Source: Candidatus Pacearchaeota archaeon CG1_02_39_14 (lineage in GTDB: Archaea > Nanobdellota > Nanobdellia > Pacearchaeales > GW2011-AR1). From it: a DNA stretch of 55,645 nt. This document shows positions 16,968-25,223 of this stretch, in pieces (position 1 is the stretch's first letter; each line of letters begins with the position of its first letter). Position numbers and translations under genes: made by a program. The notes beneath the pieces were generated by a model, which ran no database searches, had not been told where the DNA came from, and saw nothing but the letters and a program-made list of their open reading frames with translations. Location of the stretch: positions 1 through 55,645 of the forward strand of contig MNVZ01000026.1 of NCBI GenBank assembly GCA_001872315.1, given 5' to 3'.

Positions 16968-18041
16968 ATGAAAGAAGTATATCTCGATTACGCTGCGACA
17001 ACGCCGGTTTATCCTGAAGTTGTTAAAGTTGTGAATAGATTCATGGAAAAGGATTATGGGAATCCAGGGTCTCTTCATGATAAGGGCCAGCAGGCGCTTA
17101 AGGCGATTTCAGAGGCGAGAAAAAGAATTGCCTTAGAAATAGGATGCAGGCCGGAAGAGGTAATCTTCACTTCAGGAGCAACAGAGGCAAATAATATTGC
17201 TTTGAGATGCTCGGGTAGAAAGAAAATACTTGTTTCGGCTATTGAACACCCTTCTGTTATGGAAACTGCAAAAAATTGGGCAGGAAAGTTGGTTATAATC
17301 CCTGTTGATGAGAATGGCTTTGTAGATACTGGATTTATAGAAAAAGAGGCGGATGAAAACTCCCTGGTGTCTGTAATGCATGTCAACAATATATTTGGCA
17401 CAATTCAGGATATAGACGAGATAGGAAAAATTTGCAGGAAAAAGAAAGCCTTGTTTCATACGGATGCGGTGCAAAGCTTTGGAAAGGTTAATTTTGGAAA
17501 TAGCTTTGACTTGCTCTCTGCTTCTGCCCATAAAATAGGAGGGCCAAAAGGAATTGGAATCTTAGTTGCGAAGAAAAACGCAAAGCTGGATCCCTGGACA
17601 TATGGAGGAGGACAGGAATTTGGATTGAGAAGCGGGACTGAAAATGTTCCAGGGATAATGGGATTTGCAAAAGCCCTTGAAATGCAAAAAAAGGCTGACT
17701 GGAGAAAGATAGAAAGGTTAAGGGACAAGCTTATTGAAGGGCTTGAAAAGCTGGGAAGCAAGATTAATGGAAGCAAGGACAAAAGAATATGGAATAATAT
17801 TCATTTTAGTTTTCCTGGAAGAGAGAGTGAAGAAACTGTGCTCGCCCTGTCGTTAAAAGGATTATATGTTTCTACAGGAAGCGCTTGTGACAGCAAAAAA
17901 ACGGAAGAATACGTCCTAAAGGCAATTGGACTAAAAAAAGATGAGATTGAATCAGGAATAAGAATCACTCTTGGATGGAAGACGAAGGAAGAACATGTTG
18001 ACCTTCTCCTTAAAGAATTAAGAAAGATATTGCTGGGATAG
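16968..18041 (+). CDS. Cysteine desulfurase (class V aminotransferase, NifS/IscS-like)
   Basis: YLDYAATTP N-terminus, PLP-lysine context SASAHKIGGPKG, active-site Cys in STGSACDS. Start set at the ATG at 16968 (the track start is TTG). Confidence 0.85.
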   Translation: MKEVYLDYAATTPVYPEVVKVVNRFMEKDYGNPGSLHDKGQQALKAISEARKRIALEIGCRPEEVIFTSGATEANNIALRCSGRKKILVSAIEHPSVMETAKNWAGKLVIIPVDENGFVDTGFIEKEADENSLVSVMHVNNIFGTIQDIDEIGKICRKKKALFHTDAVQSFGKVNFGNSFDLLSASAHKIGGPKGIGILVAKKNAKLDPWTYGGGQEFGLRSGTENVPGIMGFAKALEMQKKADWRKIERLRDKLIEGLEKLGSKINGSKDKRIWNNIHFSFPGRESEETVLALSLKGLYVSTGSACDSKKTEEYVLKAIGLKKDEIESGIRITLGWKTKEEHVDLLLKELRKILLG

Positions 18042-18151
18042 ATTTAAAAGCCAGATGTTTCTGGTAATCGAGTCAGGAGATAAAATGAAGAGAGCAGTAA
18101 GAAAGAATAGAAGAAAAAGAAAAATTATGAAAGCCCTTAAGAAATAATGCG

Positions 18152-18421
18152 CTATGCCCAGTCTTCGACTTCTTCGTCATGATTATCAGGAACAGTTTCA
18201 CCTATTAGTTCAAGCTGGTCTTCATCCATTGCGACATAAGCTATTGTTTCCCCGTCTTCTATAACCTCTACGTGGTATCTCCCATTTGGCAGAACCAGAT
18301 TTATTTTCCCTGTCATTCCCGCCTCTATCTTTTTTGGAGGATCTGCGTATGGCTCTATGTCGTCTGCAACTGGGGAAATAAGAAGCCTTACCTCCTGATG
18401 CCTTTTGAATTTCGTGTTCAT
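18152..18421 (-). CDS. Small hypothetical acidic protein
   Basis: 89-aa ORF 10 nt downstream of the 18432-18707 gene, with no TATA of its own, so probably co-transcribed. Confidence 0.5.
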   Translation of the reverse strand: MNTKFKRHQEVRLLISPVADDIEPYADPPKKIEAGMTGKINLVLPNGRYHVEVIEDGETIAYVAMDEDQLELIGETVPDNHDEEVEDWA

Positions 18422-18431
18422 TGAGGATGAA

Positions 18432-18707
18432 TTATTTTTTTCTTTTGGGACCTGCTTTCTTTTTCTTCTTTCCTTTTTCTTTCACTTCAGGCAGTTTTAT
18501 TTGAGAGAACAGGAAGATATAAAGTATTTCCAAAATTCCAAGAGTATTCACAACAAGAAGGATTACGAACCAGACTGGTTGGTTTATTCTTGCCGACTTC
18601 CAAAGAGCAAGGCCCTTCCACACAAGACTCCATGCAACCGCTATTAAAAGAAGCCATACTGGAATACCAAGCTGAGCGTAAGTTTCTGTAAGAATATCTG
18701 TGACCAT
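18432..18707 (-). CDS. Small two-TM membrane protein with Lys-rich tail (DUF5652-like, from memory)
   Basis: Motif WSLVWKGLALWKSARINQPVWFVILLVVNTLGILEILYIF. ATG at 18707 chosen because a minus-strand TATA-like TTTTTAAA (18729-18736) lies 22 nt upstream; the track start at 18764 is TTG. Confidence 0.55.
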   Translation of the reverse strand: MVTDILTETYAQLGIPVWLLLIAVAWSLVWKGLALWKSARINQPVWFVILLVVNTLGILEILYIFLFSQIKLPEVKEKGKKKKKAGPKRKK

Positions 18708-18803
18708 ATACTCATAAACGAACTTTCCTTTAAAAAGCTTCTGATTGTGTATTCTCGAGAACAAGAAAATTTAAATAGTATTTTTTTCTATTTTTCAAAG
18801 TTA

Positions 18804-18819
18804 ATACAATTCATTGTGT
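18804..18819. promoter_or_regulatory. NrdR box 1 (16-bp imperfect palindrome)
   Basis: ATACAATTCATTGTGT. Its reverse complement, ACACAATGAATTGTAT, matches box 2 at 13 of 16 positions. Resembles the bacterial NrdR-box consensus acaCwAtATaTwGtgt. Confidence 0.6.
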
Positions 18820-18834
18820 TTTTTTGATTTGTTG

Positions 18835-18850
18835 ACACAATATCTTGTAT
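18835..18850. promoter_or_regulatory. NrdR box 2 (16-bp imperfect palindrome)
   Basis: ACACAATATCTTGTAT. Starts exactly 31 bp after box 1 and ends 6 nt before the TATA-like TAAAATTA (18857-18864), which is 22 nt upstream of the nrdR ATG. Confidence 0.6.
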
Positions 18851-18885
18851 TAACTCTAAAATTACAAAAGAGGAAATCAAAATAT

Positions 18886-19338
18886 ATGCAATGCCCTTAC
18901 TGTTTCAATGCCGAAACAAAGGTTACGGACAAGAGGGATGTTGAAAAGATAACAAGGCGGAGAAGAGAATGCCTAAAGTGCAGCAAAAGATTTACTACAC
19001 ACGAAAAGATAGAACTTAGCGCCATAAAGGTTATTAAGAAGAACGGACAGAGGGAAGAGTTCAACAGGGATAAAATAAGGATAGGGATAGAAAAAGCCTG
19101 TGAGAAGAGGGCAATAAGCTCGGAAAAAATTGATAAAATGATAGACAGAATTGAAGAGAGGGCAAGAAAAAGGGGAAAAGATGTCAAGAGTGAATTTATC
19201 GGGAGACTTATTATGAGTGAGCTTAGAAAAGCAGATAAAGTGGCCTACATAAGATTTGCCTCTGTTTATAGGGACTTCGCTGATTTGGGTGATTTTAAAA
19301 AAGAAATAAGGGAGCTGTTACAAAATGATAGAGGATAA
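18886..19338 (+). CDS. nrdR: NrdR transcriptional repressor (zinc ribbon + ATP-cone)
   Basis: MQCPYCFNAETKVTDKR ... CLKCSKRFTTHE zinc ribbon, then ATP-cone (VIKKNGQREEFNRDKIRIGIEKA). The upstream extension to 18814 is rejected because it covers the NrdR boxes. Confidence 0.85.
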   Translation: MQCPYCFNAETKVTDKRDVEKITRRRRECLKCSKRFTTHEKIELSAIKVIKKNGQREEFNRDKIRIGIEKACEKRAISSEKIDKMIDRIEERARKRGKDVKSEFIGRLIMSELRKADKVAYIRFASVYRDFADLGDFKKEIRELLQNDRG

Positions 19339-22183
19339 AAAAGAGCTTTATGATTCGGGAAATATTGAAAGAAGTATTACAGAGCCGGCGGGGTCCAGTG
19401 TGGACTCTGGCCTTATCATGGAGAGATTCTTTAGCGAAGAAGGGAAGAACCCTTTTGAATTTGATATCTTTGGGAATCCTATAAAATGGGTTAGAGAAGA
19501 AGTTCAGGTTAATGATGACAGGGGAAAGCCTGTCTTCGTCCAGCCGAATGTCCAGAGACCTGACTTCTGGAGTCCTTTAGCTATCAAGGTTGTTGCCAGC
19601 AAGTATTTCTGGGGGAACCAGGATAAGGGAGAGAGGGAAGATAGCGTTGAAAAACTTATAGGAAGAGTCAGCAGATGGATGGGGCAGCAGGCCTATAAGC
19701 AGGGATATTTTGACGAGAAACAGAGCCTGATTTTGAGGGATGAAATTGCGGCCATTTGCCTCAACCAGCTTTGCATATTTAATTCTCCTGTCTGGTTCAA
19801 TGTTGGGATACAGGAATATAACCCTAATGCGGGAGGAGTTTCTGCTTTTGTGTGGGATTTTGAAAAGAAGATGGTCATTCCTGCAGTAAAGACAATGAAC
19901 AGGCCTCAATGCTCTGCATGCTTCATTCAGGGTGTTGAAGATAATATGGAATCCATTATGGCAATACAGGTTGCTGAAGCTAATCTGTTTAAGGCAGGAA
20001 GCGGGACAGGAAGCAACAGGTCTGCTTTGAGGAGCTCAAGAGAAAGATTGACTGGAGGAGGAAGGCCTTCAGGCCCTGTAAGCTTTATGAAAGCATATGA
20101 CGCGTATGCAGGAGTTATTAAGTCCGGAGGCAAGACGAGAAGGGCTGCTAAGATGGAGATACTGAATGTGGATCATCCGGATATTATGGACTTTATTAAC
20201 GCAAAACAAAATGAAGAGAAGAAAGCATGGGCTTTGATTGAGCAGGGATATGATGGAGGAATGAACGGCACTGCGTATGCGAGTGTTGCATTCCAGAATT
20301 GTAATATGTCTGTAAGAGTGAATGATGATTTCATGAAGGCTGTAAAAGAAAATGCTGACTGGTGGACCAAGGAGGTTACGACAGGGAAGAATTCAGAGAA
20401 GTACAAGGCGCGTGACATCCTGAGGGCAATTGCTGAAGGAACCTGGCTGTGCGGAGATCCTGGAATTCAAAATGACTCTATAATAAACAGGTACCATACC
20501 TGCAAGAATTCAGGAAAGCAGAATGCGACGAATCCATGCTCCGAATATCTCTTCCTGGATGATACTGCATGCAACCTTGCATCCATAAATTTGATGAAGT
20601 TCAGGACTGCTGAAAGTGGATTTGATGTTGAGAAATTCAAGAGCGTAATCAGAAGCTACATCATAGCTATGGACTTAATCATCGATGGAGCCAGTTATCC
20701 TACTGCAAAAATAGCGCATAATTCCCATATCTACAGAACTCTTGGGTTGGGCTATGCAAATCTAGGTGCTTTGCTTATGAGCTATGGGCTTCCCTATGAT
20801 TCTGATGAAGGGAGAGCAGTGGCTGCTGCGATATCAGCAATAATGGCCGGGGAGGCGTACAAGACAAGCGCTAAACTAGCTGAACTTGTAGGTCCCTTTT
20901 CTGCGTATGAGAAAAATAAGGAACCAATGCTTAAGGTCATTGAGATGCACAGGCAACATGTTAAAGAGATTAAAGTTGAAAAGATTCCTGCTGATTTGAG
21001 ATATCTTGTAAATGTCGCCTGGGACTCGTGGACAGATGCATTGGAGCTTGGGGAGAAACATGGATACAGAAATGCACAGACAACTCTTCTTGCCCCAACG
21101 GGAACAATTGCTTTCATGATGGACTGCGACACGACTGGCATTGAGCCGGATATTGCCCTTGTTAAATATAAAGTTCTAGCAGGAGGGGGGATGCTGAAAA
21201 TAGTCAATAGAGGGGTTAAGCTGGCATTGCAGAATCTTGGATATGATGAAGAGCATATAAAGAGGATAATAGATTACATAGACGAGCATGACACTATTGA
21301 AGGCTCGGATTTGAATGAAGAGCATCTTCCTATTTTTGACTGTGCCTTCAAACCGGCGAAAGGAAAGAGAGCTATTCATTACAAGGGGCACATAAGAATG
21401 ATGTCCTCTGTCCAGCCTTTCTTGTCCGGGGCGATAAGTAAGACAATCAATATGCCTGAAGATTCAAGTGTTGATGACATAATGAACGCTTATGTTTTTG
21501 CGTGGGAACAGGGGCTGAAAGCTGTTGCAATTTACAGGGAAAACTCAAAGAAGAGCCAAGCGCTTAATACAAGAAAGACCGACGGAGAGAGGGTTAAGAC
21601 GGAAAAGGTGGTTATTGATAAAAAGCAAAAACATCTTCCCCAGACGAGAAAGTCAATCACCCATAGGTTTGATTTGACAGGGCATAAGGGATACCTGACA
21701 ATTGGATTGTATGATGATGGAAAGCCCGGAGAGATATTTGTCACAATGGCTAAAGAGGGCTCAACAATAAGAGGGCTGATGGACGCATGGGCTCGTTCCG
21801 TGTCATTGAATCTTCAGTATGGGGTTCCTGTTGCAGAACTCTTTACTAAATTCAGGCACCAAAGATTTGAGCCATCCGGATTTGTGAAAAACGTTGAGGG
21901 TGGGGAGCTTGACAAAAAGAGCACAATAATAAGAACTGCTTCATCTGTAGTTGATTATGTTGCCCAGTTTATGCTTTACCAGGTTGGCGAGGGAGCAGGA
22001 AAGGTTGAATTTGAGATTGAGCCACTTGAGGAAAAGCCAAAGGAAGAGCAAAAAGCACTGACAGAATTCGGAAACGAAGGTCTTGTGTGTAGCTTATGCG
22101 GCGGCCCTGCGAAGAGGCTCGGCAACTGCGAGATAATGTGTACAAGCTGCAAGCAGGTGCAGAGAAGCGGCTGCGGGGAATGA
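19325..22183 (+). CDS. nrdJ: Class II (adenosylcobalamin-dependent) ribonucleotide reductase
   Basis: 952 aa. Active-site TNPCSEYLF, LLAPTGTIAFMMDCDTTGIEP, AISKTINMPE, C-terminal Cys cluster CSLCGG...CEIMCTSC. Overlaps the nrdR stop by 14 nt. Confidence 0.9.
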   Translation: MIEDKKELYDSGNIERSITEPAGSSVDSGLIMERFFSEEGKNPFEFDIFGNPIKWVREEVQVNDDRGKPVFVQPNVQRPDFWSPLAIKVVASKYFWGNQDKGEREDSVEKLIGRVSRWMGQQAYKQGYFDEKQSLILRDEIAAICLNQLCIFNSPVWFNVGIQEYNPNAGGVSAFVWDFEKKMVIPAVKTMNRPQCSACFIQGVEDNMESIMAIQVAEANLFKAGSGTGSNRSALRSSRERLTGGGRPSGPVSFMKAYDAYAGVIKSGGKTRRAAKMEILNVDHPDIMDFINAKQNEEKKAWALIEQGYDGGMNGTAYASVAFQNCNMSVRVNDDFMKAVKENADWWTKEVTTGKNSEKYKARDILRAIAEGTWLCGDPGIQNDSIINRYHTCKNSGKQNATNPCSEYLFLDDTACNLASINLMKFRTAESGFDVEKFKSVIRSYIIAMDLIIDGASYPTAKIAHNSHIYRTLGLGYANLGALLMSYGLPYDSDEGRAVAAAISAIMAGEAYKTSAKLAELVGPFSAYEKNKEPMLKVIEMHRQHVKEIKVEKIPADLRYLVNVAWDSWTDALELGEKHGYRNAQTTLLAPTGTIAFMMDCDTTGIEPDIALVKYKVLAGGGMLKIVNRGVKLALQNLGYDEEHIKRIIDYIDEHDTIEGSDLNEEHLPIFDCAFKPAKGKRAIHYKGHIRMMSSVQPFLSGAISKTINMPEDSSVDDIMNAYVFAWEQGLKAVAIYRENSKKSQALNTRKTDGERVKTEKVVIDKKQKHLPQTRKSITHRFDLTGHKGYLTIGLYDDGKPGEIFVTMAKEGSTIRGLMDAWARSVSLNLQYGVPVAELFTKFRHQRFEPSGFVKNVEGGELDKKSTIIRTASSVVDYVAQFMLYQVGEGAGKVEFEIEPLEEKPKEEQKALTEFGNEGLVCSLCGGPAKRLGNCEIMCTSCKQVQRSGCGE

Positions 22184-22240
22184 TTTTTGTTACTTTGATT
22201 GGATAATATAGATTTATATATAATATTGATAGTTTCGGAT

Positions 22241-23164
22241 ATGCAGAATGAAAGAGTTGCAGAGCTTCTTGTTGAGACTGGAGCGTATAAGGATTTAGCT
22301 GAACCTGTTATATTAACATCCGGACAGCTTGGGATTTTTTATGTCAATACGGAAAAACTTCTTGGAGACCCAAATATTAATGATAGATTAAAAGAATTTG
22401 AAAATAATCCTCAAGGAATGATTAGTTATGCTGTAAGAAGAGCCTTAGATGATGCAAGAGTTTCAGAAGCTATAGGAATAATTGCTGGTGAAGTTCAGGC
22501 AATTGCTGATCAAAGAGGATACGAAGATTTTGCAGTTTCTGGAGGACAGAGAAGGGACTGGATATTTTCAGGGCCTGTTGCAAAATTATTAGAAAGGGAT
22601 CATGTAGCTTTGTTTAAATCTGGAGGAAGAGCTGATGTTTTTGTTCCTGGAAAGCCTCTTCTTATGGAAGCTGATTATTTGGGTCCTGGGATATATGATG
22701 GTATCATTCATGTTGCTGACTTACTTACAGAAGGCTCAAGTTGCTACAGAATGGAAGATGGAAAGGAAATGGGCTGGATTCCAATGCTAAGAGAAAGAGG
22801 GGCGAATATCCAGGATTTAGTTGGTGTTGTCACAAGATTACAGGGTGGGGAGAAAAATCTAAGGGCAAGAGGAGTTGAACCTCATACTCTTGTAACAATT
22901 GATGGAAATTTCCTGGCAGCACATTCATCAACACCCACAAGAGCAATATGTTATTCTCATAGTCCAGATGCTTGGAGCAAAGATTATCTGATGAAAAATG
23001 GTGCATTGGCTTTTGTTGATGCATTCAGTCCCGAAGGAGGAAAGCAAGACAGAGCAATGAAATTTGCGAGAAGATATGGAGAGACATTAAAAGAAGCTGA
23101 TAAGTGGGATGAATTAAGAGATGCTGTTAAAGGCAGATTTGATTATGATTTGGAGGCTGCGTAA
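22241..23164 (+). CDS. pyrE: Orotate phosphoribosyltransferase-like protein, long form with C-terminal extension
   Basis: LTSGQLGIFYVN (the L-SG-S-YY-D type motif), PRPP loop IHVADLLTEGSS and RLQGGEKNL. Directly upstream of pyrF. ATG at 22241 has TTTATATA ending 21 nt upstream. Confidence 0.65.
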   Translation: MQNERVAELLVETGAYKDLAEPVILTSGQLGIFYVNTEKLLGDPNINDRLKEFENNPQGMISYAVRRALDDARVSEAIGIIAGEVQAIADQRGYEDFAVSGGQRRDWIFSGPVAKLLERDHVALFKSGGRADVFVPGKPLLMEADYLGPGIYDGIIHVADLLTEGSSCYRMEDGKEMGWIPMLRERGANIQDLVGVVTRLQGGEKNLRARGVEPHTLVTIDGNFLAAHSSTPTRAICYSHSPDAWSKDYLMKNGALAFVDAFSPEGGKQDRAMKFARRYGETLKEADKWDELRDAVKGRFDYDLEAA

Positions 23165-23165
23165 G

Positions 23166-23927
23166 ATGGAATTGACAGAAAAACAGCAGAGAGCGAGAAA
23201 AATGGTATGTTTGCCGTTAGATGGACTTAATACTATGAGCGAAGTTAGAGAAAGAGTTCAGGAATTGAGTCGGGTAGTGGGATTATTCAAAGTAGGTAAA
23301 GAAACATTTACAAGATTTGGGCCTGAAGCTGTCAGGGCGGTTCAGGAATATGGGGCTGATGTCTTTCTTGACTTGAAGTATCATGATATCCCTAATACTG
23401 TTAAGGGCGCGGCAGATGCAGCCGCAGCACTTGGAGTCTATATGTTCAATGTACATGCTTCTGGAGGACTTGAGATGATGCAAGCTGCAGTAGAGGGGGC
23501 GAAAGCAGGACCTGAAAAATACGGAAAAAATATGCCAAAGATAACAGCTGTGACTGTTTTGACAAGCATTGATCAAGAAATATTGAACAATCAATTAAGA
23601 GTTCCTGGAATGGTTGAAGAGCAGGTATATAATTATGCACAATTAGCTCATCAAGCTGGACTGGATGGGATTGTATGTTCTGCCGCAGACCTTCATGCTG
23701 TGAGAGATAGACTTCCAAGGGAATTTATGTATGTCACACCTGGAATAAAAGGGACAAAAACTCCTGCAGGAGCAGACCAGAAAAGAGTTTTCAGCCCTGG
23801 AAATGCTGTTCGTGATGGCTCGAGCATTCTTGTAATAGGAAGGGCTATTACAACAGATAGGGAAACTTATGTAGAAAGGCTTCAGGCAGGATATGATATT
23901 CTGGAAGATATGGCACAGTATTTATAA
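23166..23927 (+). CDS. pyrF: Orotidine 5'-phosphate decarboxylase
   Basis: FLDLKYHDIPNTV signature, MFNVHASGG, VIGRAIT. ATG lies 1 nt after the pyrE stop. Confidence 0.85.
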   Translation: MELTEKQQRARKMVCLPLDGLNTMSEVRERVQELSRVVGLFKVGKETFTRFGPEAVRAVQEYGADVFLDLKYHDIPNTVKGAADAAAALGVYMFNVHASGGLEMMQAAVEGAKAGPEKYGKNMPKITAVTVLTSIDQEILNNQLRVPGMVEEQVYNYAQLAHQAGLDGIVCSAADLHAVRDRLPREFMYVTPGIKGTKTPAGADQKRVFSPGNAVRDGSSILVIGRAITTDRETYVERLQAGYDILEDMAQYL

Positions 23928-23988
23928 TTCTCCGTCGGTAAAATTAAATCACGGAAAAGTTTATTAAGGGCTATTTCCAGGAAAGTTT

Positions 23989-24300
23989 ATGGCGGTGACA
24001 GATTTAGATTCTGGGAGTTTTGATGATTTTATAAAAAAAGGGAATTCTATTGTTGACTTTTATGCTGACTGGTGCGGGCCGTGCCAGATTATGAAGCCGC
24101 ACTTTGAAAAGGCATCCAAAGAGATGAAAGATGTGAAATTCGGTAAGGTGGATGTTGATGCAAACCAAGACCTTGCTGGAAGATTTCAGGTTATGAGCAT
24201 TCCAACTACAATATTCTTTAAAGACGGCGAGCAGGTTGACAGGCATTCAGGTGCATTAAGAGAAAGCGATATTAAAGAAGCTGTTGAGAAAGCTTTCTGA
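23989..24300 (+). CDS. trxA: Thioredoxin
   Basis: 103 aa. FYADWCGPCQ active site and MSIPTTIFFKDG. Confidence 0.9.
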   Translation: MAVTDLDSGSFDDFIKKGNSIVDFYADWCGPCQIMKPHFEKASKEMKDVKFGKVDVDANQDLAGRFQVMSIPTTIFFKDGEQVDRHSGALRESDIKEAVEKAF

Positions 24301-24342
24301 TTTTCTAAAGCTTTAAAAACAAACCCTCTTTACTTTTGTTAC

Positions 24343-24417
24343 GGCTCCGTAGCTCAGTCTGGCCAGAGCACTGGACTTTTAATCCAGGTGTCGTGGGTTC
24401 AAATCCCATCGGGGCCA
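24343..24417 (+). tRNA. tRNA-Lys (anticodon UUU), no encoded CCA
   Basis: Hand-folded cloverleaf. Acceptor GGCTCCG/CGGGGCC (one G-U pair), D stem GCTC/GAGC, anticodon stem CTGGA/TCCAG with loop CTTTTAA, T arm GTGGG-TTCAAAT-CCCAT, discriminator A. Confidence 0.9.
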
Positions 24418-24420
24418 TTT
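24402..24420 (+). repeat. Direct repeat copy 1 (tRNA-Lys 3' end)
   Basis: AATCCCATCGGGGCCATTT, identical to 24487-24505. Confidence 0.9.
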
Positions 24421-24486
24421 AATCAGGAATTTGAACACTACACGAATCTTCGATTCGCTGGCCTTCGCTTCTCACAAAGCTTCAGG

Positions 24487-24505
24487 AATCCCATCGGGGC
24501 CATTT
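24487..24505 (+). repeat. Direct repeat copy 2 (orphan copy of the tRNA-Lys 3' end; att-like scar)
   Basis: AATCCCATCGGGGCCATTT repeated 85 nt downstream of copy 1. The upstream sequence does not form a T arm, so this is not a second tRNA. Confidence 0.85.
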
Positions 24506-24587
24506 CTTATATGGATTTCAACATCTCTTTTGGCAATTTATTTCTGCATCTGCAAAAGCTTATAAAATAAAGAATAGTTGATTATTT

Positions 24588-24872
24588 ATGAAGAAAATAG
24601 AAGAAATAAAGAAGAAAGCTATGCCTGTTTTAAAGAAATTCAGCGTTACTCGAGCAGGGATATTTGGAAGCTATGCCAGGGGAGAGCAGAATGAAAAAAG
24701 CGATGTTGATTTTTTGATAGAGATTGAAGGCGGAGCTGACCTTGTAGAGCTTATAAGATTGAAGTCAAATCTTCAGAAGGCAATAAGCAAGAAAGTTGAT
24801 TTGGTTGAATATGGGGCGATAAAAAAAGAATTGAAGAAAGATATTCTGAATGATGAAATCAGGCTGATATGA
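24588..24872 (+). CDS. Minimal nucleotidyltransferase (MNT) antitoxin
   Basis: 94 aa. GIFGSYARGE ... SDVDFLI nucleotidyltransferase motif. 4-nt overlap (ATGA) with the HEPN gene. Confidence 0.85.
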   Translation: MKKIEEIKKKAMPVLKKFSVTRAGIFGSYARGEQNEKSDVDFLIEIEGGADLVELIRLKSNLQKAISKKVDLVEYGAIKKELKKDILNDEIRLI

Positions 24873-25204
24873 AAAGGGACTATAAGCTTTATATCCAGGA
24901 TATTTTTGAGAGCATAGAATATATTGAAGCTTATACTGCTAAGCTCTCGCAGGAAGAATTTAACAAAGATATCAAGGTTCAGGATGCAGTTATCAGGAGG
25001 CTAGAAATAATCGGGGAGGCAAGCCGGAACATTCCTGGGGCTTTAAAAGAAAAAAACAAGCAGGTTCCTTGGTTTGAGATATCCAGATTCAGGAATTTTA
25101 TCTCGCACTCATACTTTGAGATTGGTAAACTCACTATCTGGAAAACGATAAAAGAAAGAATCCCAATGATAAAAGAAGGCTTACTGAAGATTAAGCTGGT
25201 TTAG
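24869..25204 (+). CDS. HEPN (DUF86) toxin
   Basis: 111 aa. R-x4-H motif in RFRNFISHSYFEI. Confidence 0.85.
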   Translation: MKRDYKLYIQDIFESIEYIEAYTAKLSQEEFNKDIKVQDAVIRRLEIIGEASRNIPGALKEKNKQVPWFEISRFRNFISHSYFEIGKLTIWKTIKERIPMIKEGLLKIKLV

Positions 25205-25223
25205 TAAAATTAGGAAACTATAA

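Noticed and set aside
18814-18885. N-terminal extension of nrdR given by the ORF track
   Set aside because: NrdR proteins begin with the zinc ribbon (MxCPxC). The extension would also translate through both NrdR boxes and the TATA-like element.
24388-24570. 60-aa ORF on the plus strand
   Set aside because: It starts inside the tRNA-Lys gene and runs through the duplicated tRNA 3' end. It has no TATA or SD, so it is almost certainly spurious.
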